Source: Prorocentrum cordatum
Taxonomy: Eukaryota
NCBI GenBank assembly: GCA_963575745.1
Contig: CAUYUJ010000015.1
Span: 558,001 to 622,000, forward strand
Length of the DNA: 64,000 bases
Reading direction: 5' to 3'
The notes under the pieces are model-generated. The model did not search any database, was not told the origin of the DNA, and saw nothing but the letters and a program-made list of their open reading frames with translations. Made by a program: the position numbers and the translations under genes. Positions 12,977 through 23,898 of the stretch are shown here, in pieces. The stretch's first letter is position 1; every line of letters begins with the position of its first letter.

Positions 12977-12991
12977 TGGTAGCGGGGCTGG
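12977..12991 (+). promoter_or_regulatory. Primer-binding site, probably for initiator tRNA-Met
   Basis: TGGTAGCGGGGCTGG abuts the LTR and is complementary to a tRNA 3' end ...CCCCGCUACCA; it shares TGGTAGCG with the yeast Ty1 PBS. Confidence 0.75.
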
Positions 12992-13369
12992 CCGCACTCT
13001 CGCGTGGTCAGTTCTTGCTCTTCTTATCCTCACGCTATCCGGCACGATCTTCGTGACCAACTACCACCCTGCGCCACCACTCCAACTACATTTACGATGA
13101 TCAATTCAAGAGCACGAAGCAACACGAGAGGTACGACGTCTAGACAACAACATTGGTACCATATACGCTTCATCACTACGCTACTACCAACCGCTCGGCA
13201 ACGAGCCAAAAGCGCAGTACTTGAAGCAGAGGCGGGGAGACCCGCAAGATAAAGCGCCTCGTAGACTTGACAAGGCGCTACAAGCCCTACCCCAGCGCGG
13301 CAACGCGCCCGATAACCACCCATATCTTCACAACCTTGGGTTGGTTATCTTCGCCATCATACGGTCTGC

Positions 13370-14745
13370 GCTGGGGGCAGCAATCGGACACATGCGCCGA
13401 GGAGACAATAGCACAGATGGGCAAACACATGGCCCATACTGGGACCCTCCAGGCAACGCACCTTTCCGCGAATACGTTTATGAGGTCAACGCGTGGCTTA
13501 ACGTCACAATCGGACGCATGACGCCACAGGCCCAAGCAGCCGCCATACAACGCGGCCTGGGTGGCCTAGCGAGGACACCTCGCCATGAGGGTACCACTTG
13601 ACATTATAAACTATGGTGCGGAAATCGATGATGTCCATTGATGGCCACACCGACCCAGCAACCTACACTATGTTCTTCTTAAGCATGAAGTTCGAACGCC
13701 TGGAAGATGAGCGCCAGCTCACTTCAGGCACGCAGCTCATCGACTTGCATGTGCCTCACGGAGAACGAATCGATGTAACCCTCACTCGGTTTGAGATGGC
13801 CCGTCCTGAGGCACAGTCGGCGGGGCTTGACCTTCCCAACTTCCAACTGCGCACTACTATCCTATTCCGCGCCCTAGGCGTTGGCAACCAGCGAGCCACG
13901 CAACTCTTACAGCCACTCAACCACCAAATGCCCCGACACACAACAACAGTATGATGAGTTGTGAGAGGATGCGTTCGATAGGCCATCTGTCAGAACGGCC
14001 TCCTGGCAACATAGGATCAGTGCTTGGAAGGGGAAGGGAAACTGGCAGTGGAAATTTCTATACTACCTTAACCACTGAAGCTCAGCCTGGCAACGGGCCC
14101 TCAAGCATATGGGCCGACGATCCTGGAGAGTCTACTGCCCTACTAACAGGGGATCGATCACAACCAAGCTGGGCAACCAGCCCTCCTCCTAGAGAACCTC
14201 AACCACACCGTTCCCTAAGGGGTGAGGCGAATCCCCTAAACGACGGCGTATCCACCTACCTAGGTAATGACGATTTCGACTCCGGCACCGACACCGATAC
14301 CATATCATCAGATGGTATCGAACCCCTAGATTGGTCAGATACCATGCAAATGGAAGGGGACAATCAGCGTGCCGAACACCTGTTCTGGTATTACAACAGG
14401 CAAAGCGGAGGTGGAGGAGGTTCACACGAAAACCGGTGCGTCGTGTTAGGAGGAGGATACGGAGGAGCTTCAAAGGAAAAGGTAAAGGCAAACGGGGTCG
14501 CCGCAGGTTGAATGGACGAGGCATCTCGGCTTTCCTCCAGAGGCTTTCAGATGATCGGTATGATGAGATATTTTTGCGGGGGGAAAGGCCGTGGGAAAGG
14601 CCGTAGGGATACCCCAGGCAAAGGTAAAGGTAGGCGGGGAAGCCCGCGAGGTAGAGACGGCCAGATCCTAAAGTGCCACGAGTGTGATAGTACCGATCAT
14701 CTTGTACAGGATTGTCCAGCGAAGGGAAATGGAAAGGGCACATCG
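13370..14745 (+). pseudogene. gag: Copia gag-like region, frameshifted, with CCHC zinc knuckle at 14674-14715
   Basis: PYWDPPGNAPFREYVYEVNAW N-terminal block, GKG-rich basic tract, and CHECDSTDHLVQDC (CX2CX4HX4C). Confidence 0.8.
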
Positions 14746-14768
14746 ACCGAAGTCCATTTCGGCTCAAG
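14746..14768 (+). other. DinoSL-like relic inside the Copia element
   Basis: ACCGAAGTCCATTTCGGCTCAAG versus ACCGTAGCCATTTTGGCTCAAG: 2 substitutions and 1 insertion. Confidence 0.65.
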
Positions 14769-17433
14769 TGAACCATCTATTGAAGATCTGAGCCTCCAAG
14801 ATTTCAAGGCTGTGGAACAGGTATTTTTCACTTGGGCTAGCAGTATGGACAATTTGGACGAGCTCGAGGCGTACGGCCATGGACTGTACGCGTACTACCT
14901 CGAGTACCTCCGCAGGTTTGTTCTCGGAAATATCGAGCTTACGCCTGTGGAGAATGGAACGCTGGGAAACCAGCCCTTATCTTTCTTCGACTGGATGTTC
15001 GGTAACCCAGGCAACATCATTGCCTACGAGAGCAGCGACGAGGAGATCACTCTTGAGGCCTCGCCTTCGGAGGTTGACCAAAATCTTCGACATCAACCCG
15101 ACCTTATGCCTGGAAACAGGCCCACTCCAGTATATCCTCCAAATTATGGTGATCTGATGGAATTAGAGTCTCAAGCATTCACCGTGGGCGTGCCAGGGAA
15201 CCCATACGTACCACCTGGCATGCTCGCTCCAGGCGAGTACGGACCGCACGCGATACTGCAGACTCATGCAGATGCACGCTGTACTGGTCGTAGCATATCC
15301 CGAGAGTCAAGAGAGTGTCGAGAGTGGCCACATGATGCTACAAGACACCGATGCCTGTGACGACTCGGAGTTAGTGCTAGCGGCCCTCACTCTCATTGAC
15401 AGCGTGCACCCTGAGGACGTGCAACGACATGCGTGGTGTTCCAGGGGGAGATTGGCGCCAAGCCCTCGAAAGGGCCATCTCCATGCGCGGTCAGGCTCTC
15501 CCTCCGCCGGGATGGGGTCTCCAGGCGGCGGGATTACAGCCCCACCACACGGCCATGCGAATTGTTATCGGGCAGCCTACACATGACTATGATCATTTCG
15601 AGGTGCACGCTATGCTCGGTAACGAGCCTGAGCCGACTACCGTGCCGCCGACGCCGGGACAGCCAAGCGATGCTCAGACGCTTGTACAGCAGGGAAACCT
15701 GCCCGTCCCGACTGGACCAATGACCGCCGTCATTGGCAATCCTATGTCAGAAGATGAAGAGGGTGATGGATGTGGGATGTGCGAGGACGAGACCACCATC
15801 CTCATGATGGAAGTCAATGGTGAAGACGAGGAGGTGGATTTCAGCCCCGACAGTCCTGACACACCACCACCCGCACAAGAGCCAATTATGCCAGACTCCA
15901 GTCAGCAGGGAGACCTGCCTGCCCAAGATGCGCCGCCTGCGGCCCCGCAGGAAACCCCGCCGGCTCCTGCTCAGGCTACGTCGGCGGCATCATCTGATGA
16001 ACATGCCAGGAGGTCTCGCTCGCATCCACGCCTTAGGGACGACCCTCACCCTCAAGCACGGTTCCCACGCGAATGGAGGCAAGCAGCCCCATCAGAGCAT
16101 GCCTCTCGACGAGGGGGTCAGTTGCTCGCCTACAACGACCCTAGGCGTCAAGCGGGTGAGCATTCTGCTTTTGGAAAAGGCAACCCAGCCTACAGGGATG
16201 CCCAAGGCAGGCCCATCCGGGGGGCAACCAGCTCGCGACGAACATTCGTCGTCCTGAGATAGAGGCAGTACGGACTCAGCTGCGGACCATCATTGCGGCA
16301 CGCAAGCTCTACAGGCCCAACGCAGTCTGCGGTCCGTGCTCAGAGCCATTCCAGGAACACAGGCCTGGGTGTCCTGTAGGTCTCAACGAGGGCTTGAGCC
16401 CGAATAGAGGCCGCACTCCTGCTAAGGAGGGTCATCCACCGTTGGTTCCTATGACTCAAGCAGAGATCGACGAGATCAACCGTCGTCTCGGAACCACGGC
16501 TCACAGGAGCCCTATGGCCGAGGAGGTCCAGCCTCCGAGGGGACTTGTGTCTATGACCCAGGAAAAGAAAGATGCGTTCAATCGTCTTCCTGGAATGCGG
16601 GGAAACCCGCCTGGCGTCTCCAGTCAGGCCCACCAGCCAGAGATGATGGATGACGATGAACAGAAGGCTCAGCGAGCCGCGGCAGATGCGGAGCGCAGGC
16701 GAGTGGCAGACGAACGCACCCGCGAGGCAACTCGCCAAATGCTGCTGGAGCCACAAAAGATCTATATGAAGGGGGCAAGGAAGCCCCCACTCCAACCGAA
16801 GGCCAAGAGCGAAACACGTGCACCCAGGACGCCTTCGGGGGAGAGACAGAAACGTCGGCCCGCTCAGAGGAACTCGGGTTAGATGTGCAGATGGAGAGGC
16901 CCCTTTCGGAAGTGCCGAAGTCACCGACTCGTGCAGCTCTTGCGCAGAGACCCGACTCTAGGCAACAACCTCAGGACTCCGTGGAGATCCGCAGACGACA
17001 GCCTAGCCGCAGCGGCTCTATCGCTGGCAAGGCCAAGGCTTTCGAGCGCACAGGGTTTACTCCTACGCCGGCCTCGCCTGTGGCGACACGCTCCAAGAGG
17101 TCTGAGGAAGGCGCTCTATCTAGGGGCACCTGGGTGCCTAAGATCAAGGGCAGCGCCAGTCGAGAAACACTGCGGGGAAACCCGCCAGGCGCTGCAGCTG
17201 CAGCATCCTCCTCCTCAGGAGCCGCAGCCTCCTCGGTGACAGAGGCTCCTTTGCGGGGAAACCCGCCAGAGGATAAGCTGCATCACCCAGAGGATACTTC
17301 CTTTACTAGCGGGAGTCAGGCGTTAATCAGTGATCGGCGTGCCCTGCGGAATCTTCCACCGATACGCTCGGTGGATGAGGCATTCATGGAGAGCTGCAGG
17401 CAGAAAGGTGTTGTTCCGAGAGGTAATCATACA

Positions 17434-18172
17434 CTCCAGCAGCTTAGTAAATGCCTCAACAGGATCTGCAGACACGCGCCTGACAGACCACACAATGCAG
17501 CGTGGAGCCTTGAGACGTTCGACGATCATGATGGATGGATCAATCTCGATGAGCTCGTACGCGAGTTTCCGCGGCACAACGGACGTACGAGACAGGACGG
17601 GCACAACCCGAGACTGGATGAGGCCAAGATCATCGCCGAGACCTCCTACGACAGAACGGTTGACCAGATGGCTGCCATCATGATGGCGATCGTCCGCGTC
17701 CGCGAGTCGGACGGTGAAGAGAAGCAGCGTCTGCAGTTCAAGGTCCTGGTGCGGGATTCTGGCAAATCCGACATATTCATCCGTGCCTCGCAAGAGCACT
17801 CGTGGACGCTCAAGGCCCCTTGGTCGTTGTACAAGTACATTGTACTGCGCGACAATCCTGCCGGGAGACCGGCCCCATGCCCCGAGGTTGCCATGCACGG
17901 CGCACGATGGATGGCCTCTGAGGGCCTTTCTTGTCGCAAAGAACACAACACCAAGAAGAGAGGGACTGGCCGGTCACACATCCACTTTGTTCCAACGCTT
18001 CGTCGTCGCGGCGTGCAGAGTGGATGGGACCCCGACTCCGAGATCGTTATCTTTGTGGACTGGCACCAAGTCCTGAAGGACGGGATCGAATTTTGCCGGT
18101 CCGACAATGGGGTTCTCCTATCAGAAGGAAAAGACGGCAGGCACTATTGAGCCGTATTATATTACACACGTG
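17434..18172 (+). CDS. TPT1: Tpt1/KptA-like NAD+-dependent RNA 2'-phosphotransferase domain (in ORF 16885-18150; tail frameshifted into 18107-18697)
   Basis: LSKCLNRICRH, DGWINLDEL, KQRLQF, IRASQEHS, MHG, EGL, RSHIHF, SG, IFVD, FCRSDNGVLLSEGKDG and GTIEPYY occur in canonical order. Confidence 0.85.
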
Positions 18173-19765
18173 GAAGAATTTTCCACGGGAAAGCAAAGGC
18201 GGAACCCAGAATATCTGGGCAATCGCCTTGCACGCGTCCCCACTGCCATAATGACGGCCCCGAGCAGGTGGAACACTGTGGGCAGTGCTAGTATCAAGCA
18301 CAGATGGTCTCTTGACCGAGAGGCTAATGAGCCTCATACGGTTCATGGTCAAAGAGAGGTAGGAGACCATTACAGCCCAACAGCGCTGGGAAACAAGCCC
18401 GAGATCCACCAGATCCTCATGATCAACGAGAGTGAGGCAGGAAGCGCGGCTCCAAGCCGTGCTCCAAGCCAAGGGCCTAGTGCCATATCTTGGCAGGTCC
18501 TCAGCACCTCAGATTTGGATCAGATCGCGGCTGCTCTAAATCCTGAGCAGGTGGAACAGCTAGCGGACAGACTGTACCAGCAAGATCCCTGGGCCGCAGG
18601 TCAGGGAGCTATGTCCGCCATGGTGACGCGTAACCGCCAGGCCATGCAGGGAAACCTGCCCGTTCATGGATTCAGAAACGACATGCCCGAACCGTAGGGA
18701 GACCCGCAAACGTTCGGCCGCATCTTCGGAGAGCCTGCTCGATTCGAGCAGATGCCAGGGAGCCCCTCGCATAGCATGCACACACCGAGGGGCATGACCC
18801 CAGTGGCGACACCACCAGCACAGTCTCCGTTCGGGACCCCTGGTCGGTCTGCCACGCATGGCATTCTCATGGAGCGGATCGCCGCGGCCAGAGCTGAGCA
18901 TGGCACAGCTCTTCTGAACATGATGCCACCTGGCACGCCAACGAGTCTGCAGGGAAACCTGCCCGGCACTCCAGTACACCACCGACCTTTTGCTGGCCAA
19001 TCTACTGCTGCTGGAGTGCCTGATGACTACCGCGCAAGGGTGGCAGCTGCGGTACAACAGGTGCAGAGTCACAACCTTCCCCACCCGAGCGGTCAGAGGT
19101 GGAGGCCAGCCTGGTCCTGGGAGCCAGAGGGCCCGAACCCACGTCACCCTGCTCGGCAACGAGCCTTTTTTATCCCGGCCTTCAATGCTCATCCGAGCAT
19201 GGCTCAGGGCCAGAGGCCAGCGCCATCACCAATGGATCCGCCACTGTACCCAGATGGGTCTAGAGTCCCGAACAGATTTGTTCGCGAGACGGCGGATCAG
19301 CTTCATAGCCTCACGAATGTGCGCTGCAGTGATCAGTCCATGCATCCGCACATGGCTTTCATGGCTGCACCGACAACGCCAGAGGTGGCCGTCCAGCCCA
19401 CTGCCCATTCGATATCATCAGGCAGTAGGGGAGTACCAGACTACATCAGGCAGACGTACCACACTCAAGAGGCGTGTTTTAGGCGCAGGCAGGCAGTACA
19501 GAGCGTACGTGACCAAGCACGTGCAGCCGCACTTGAGGTCGTGAGGAACAGAGGCTCACCCATGCGAGGAAACTCGCCAGCCGTGTCGCCCGCAGCCTCC
19601 ACAACGGCAGCTCCTCCAGCAGTGGTTGCCGTAGCGCCGGAGGTACTGGCTCCCGCAGGAGATCCTCCAGCTGCTTTCCTGGGCTCCGAAACAGTCCTGG
19701 AGCAGCAGCGGCGGGTGTACCCTAGGGCGGCAGACGTGGAAATCTACACTGGGATGGAAGACACC

Positions 19766-19924
19766 TGCGCGGCATGCCTCGAGGAGTTTCGTCCGAGGGA
19801 GAGCATTTACCGCTTGAGGTGCAACCATCTGTTCCACGAGGAGTGCTGGAACTCGAATGTGGTGGGCCATGCTGCGAATCAGCGAGAAGGAGATCCTCGG
19901 CAACCAGTATGTGCTATCTGCCGA
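19766..19924 (+). CDS. RING-H2 (C3H2C3) zinc finger within ORF 18752-20803
   Basis: CAACLEEFRPRESIYRLRCNHLFHEECW...CAICR. Confidence 0.9.
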
Positions 19925-20809
19925 GCGCCAGGCATCATAGCGCCATCGTTTCCATGGACCAGCTCTTTCACTCAGGCCCCCGAACAGGCAGCGAGGGAGC
20001 TGCGGGAGTTGAGGAGCATGGTGGAGGACATGATAGCCAGTATGCTGGACAGGCAGACAGCACAGTCCCAACAGCGGGGAAACCCGCCGGAGGAGGTGAG
20101 GACGCCGATGGAGACGGGATACTTCGACCAGCCTATCCCGATGACGGCGCCACAGCAGGAAAACCTACCTAATACCCCACCTGCGTCGATTCCTCCAACT
20201 CATTACGAGCCTGGAGTCGGGCAGGTTGCTCCTCCAATGTCACCCCGAGGTGGGGGTGGGACCGAGCTTCCAATAGACCCTGAACAGCTTCGAGAACTGC
20301 GTGCTCGCCGCTTCCAGACCCAGATGGAGAATGCGCACACCACGTTCATGCTGGACGCCGATAATCCTGAGAGCGAGTTGTTTGATCTCTCAGATTCTTC
20401 AGTGGTGACAGCGGCAACAGCAGTCAGGGCCGTCGAGCTCTCAGCAACGAACTATGAGTTCGACGAGCGGTTGCAATACAGGGATCACCTTACGAATGAG
20501 GGATTACAGGACATCACCCTTCATTCGTACTTGACGCTGACGCGGCGCACTACCCGCGAACAGTACACGAGCATACGCGATGAGCATGCCAACTGGCGGG
20601 AGGAACAGGGCGCTCAAGCCCAGAACGTGCCGCACTTCCAGTACATCGACCTGGCACGTATGGCCGCAGGAAGGCCAGGTGCCAGCACGACGCGGGGAAA
20701 CCCGCCAAGGAGCACGACCGAGATGCGGGGAAACCCGCCAGACAGCGCAGCCGGCACTTCAGAGACAGTGCACATCAAGCAGCCTAGTAAGACCTTTTCT
20801 TGAGGATGG

Positions 20810-21240
20810 TGGAAACTCAATCCTCATAGACGCGGGCTCGAAGAGTAACATAATGGGAGAAAATACGAGCCGCAAATTCGTCCAGGCTGCTGAGGCACAT
20901 AATCGTCCTTGTACGTTTGAACCTCGTTCTCGTTTGAACATCAACGGGGTATGCGAGGGGTCGGCCCCAGCTGATACCGCGGGCACCTTCAGCATTGCCT
21001 GCGAGTACCAGGGTTCGACCCAGCTCGACTCGTACAAGACTAATATTGTGTCAGGCTGTGGCAAGGACCTGCCAGCTATCCTGGGCCTCGACAGTATGCA
21101 GGACAAGCGCGCTATCATTGTGCTCGAACGAGGCCAGGAGAAGCTGACATTCCCTGGGAAGGGACAGGTCAAGATGGAACTCCCCGAGGGCTTCAAGACC
21201 ATGCCGACAACGAAGTTGCCATCAGGACATATGTCAATCA
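20810..21240 (+). CDS. Retroviral-type aspartic protease domain (ORF 20580-21722)
   Basis: ILIDAGSKSNIMG catalytic motif, flap-like INGVCEG, and ILGLDSM. Confidence 0.8.
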
Positions 21241-23111
21241 GGCGTGATCGATTCGGAGCCGCGGGGCAACCCGCCTCGAGCACAAGTACAACATCGTTCC
21301 AGACGGTGCTGACAGGCGAGCCGCCCCCTGCGCAAGAGCGCCAACAAGTGCAGGGATACCTGCCTCAGGGGTTGCTCGCGACGCTCGCCATGGCGACGAT
21401 GAGAGGCGACAGCATCGATGATCTGGAGACGTTCGATTGCTTCGTAGCCAGGACACTGGCCCAGCATGGCGGACTTGCACCCATGGATGCTGCGCGGCCC
21501 CGCCGGAAGATAGTGATGGGATACACGAACCATGAGCTGCAGACGGTCAACGACGCAAGGTCGAAAGGCCCATTGAAGCAGTTGGTGGATAATCCATCCA
21601 TGCTGGCCGCATTTGCGGGGCAATCCGCCTCTGAGGCTACCGCGCGCTGCAGTGCTAAGCTCCAGCATCTGAGGGAAGCCCAGATGCTGGCAGACGTTGC
21701 AGGCGCATCTTCTTTATCTTGAAGATGGCAGGGCGACGCTGGCCTTTCGTCGCCTTGCCTGATAGCCGAAAGGCCAGGGGGTAACAAGGACAGCGGGGCA
21801 ACCTGCCACAGTAAAAGAGCTTTCGTCATCGAAGATGCGAGAGAGGCTTGCGCTGACCTCCGTACCCGAGGTTATATTTGTGATCGCATTTCCCACAATA
21901 AGCTCATGACGACTGTGGGCACAGATTAACTGGGTGCGGTGATCAGTGGGGGCTATACTCCAATATGGGTCAGTACCCCGGCTGACTGGTACGTACGAAC
22001 CCCAGGACAGAGAGTAGCCCCACACTGGTCGCGCATTCAAAACCTTCTGACAAAGGCCAAGAAGCTCCGCATGAAAATTATAGCGTTTGGCCCCCCAGGA
22101 TACGTTTGGAAGTTATCCCCAAAACGTGATACTCTGGAAGATCTTAAGTTGACGGTAGTACGGATGCGGTTATGTCATTTCGGTATTATGTTTAATATGC
22201 AAGACAATACACCGAGTGGTACCTATATGCAGGTAGCCACATCAATACCGATCAGCTCTAAGTTGTGGGCATGTACGTGCAAACTGGCGATACCACAACA
22301 TGTGTTGGATTGGTACGGCCAAACGGTACGACATGCAGAATGGCGAGCCCAGACACGCATCACACTTATCCGTCACCTCAACGACAAAATCCTGGGAAGC
22401 AACACTACGCACGGAAACGTGCCGATATACTTGAACACCTATACACGTACGGATCACAACATACATCACTATGTGACGACCAATAAAGGAGGACCGAAAT
22501 GGTCTGATGTCATCCGACGTGTAACGACCAACCTGGGTACCAATGCGATTATTCAGGATATCGCAGTAGCCGATCAACCAACAGGATATGATTGGCATGC
22601 ACGACTACCTACAGGGATTGCCAACATCAGTACACGGATGCACTGGCAGCCCGAGGAACCGGTCATGCTCGGAAACGAGCCTACTCAATCACCACAGAAA
22701 CCCAGACGCGTCATCATAGATGACTGCCCCTCTCCCCTCCCGACTCTGGCGATTGAAGCAGGTACCCACTCATCCACGACGATGGGCGCACAGACTGGTG
22801 AACAAGACGAGCAAGTCTTACCTACGGAGTCGCGTATCAAACAGAAGCAAAGGCTCAAAGCCGAAAAGGAGGCAGGCATCAAGCCTCGCCGCATCAAAAA
22901 GCACGTTGAAGATGGAAACGATGATTGCGGTGACGACTTGTCAGGACTCGGACAGGATCTCATGGCGACCTGGAGCACTGACGTCCCTGTCGAGCTGATA
23001 AGCTCAGATGAGGAAGATGACCTGTTCCTTACCCTCCCCACATCTATGCCCGACACACACGCGGACATATATAGCATAGTAGCTACTCTATGCTATGGTC
23101 ACAATAATTGC

Positions 23112-23745
23112 GTGGATATGTTGGAGCTTTGCGGGGGTGAGGGTGGTATTTCAGAGCTTGCCTTCTCAAGGGGCTTCTCCTCAGGAGGCAACTTAGACAA
23201 GACAACATGCGTCGACCTGGGAGATCCCTCGGTGCAGCGAGCTGTAGACCACTACTTCGCAGCATGCCACGTACGAGTAGCCATACTACAGCCCAGTTGC
23301 CGCACCACAGGACCACCATCCTACTACAACTACAAAGCCAACCATAACACTTGGGAACAGCATCATAAAGAAGATTTGTCACACATAACTTATTGTGGCA
23401 AAATAGCTGTTACTCAAGATAATGCACGGAGGTGGTTTATACGCGAACAACCCACAGGAACATGGGTGGATGATATTTCCCCATGGAAAGAACTTGCCAA
23501 CCGACCACATATCACAACCGTACGCATCGACCAATGTGCGACGGGACTTAAAGATACGGCTGGTGACTATATCAAGAGGCCGACAAATATCACCAGCAAC
23601 GACGAGACGATTCTTGAACCCTTTGAGCGACTCAAATGCAACGGTCAGCATGCGCACGCACAACCGTGCAACAGGGAGCTTTCACTGGCACAAAAATACA
23701 CTCGACGACTGCAGTCTGCCTTTGTGGAAGCCGTCTATTTGGCGA
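23112..23745 (+). CDS. Divergent C5-DNA-methyltransferase-like domain (in ORF 21939-23945)
   Basis: MLELCGGEGG (motif I-like), LQPSC (IV-like), REQP (VI-like), DQCATGL..KRPT, CNGQHAH, AQKY. Confidence 0.6.
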
Positions 23746-23898
23746 AAGCCATCGACACCACGCGCGGAGACGCGCCTACACGCACTGCGCATGCTTACCC
23801 TGCTGACCTTCCTGATCAAGCTGAACCAGGAGAAGGTATGAGACGCATCGGCGATCGTAGCATCCCAAAAGTGGCTACATGCCCAGCATGCATCGACA

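Noticed and set aside
16597..20738. RGNPP/QGNLP peptide repeat as a protein motif
   Set aside because: The underlying nucleotide hairpin covaries and also occurs in other frames and in UTRs, so the peptide is a by-product.
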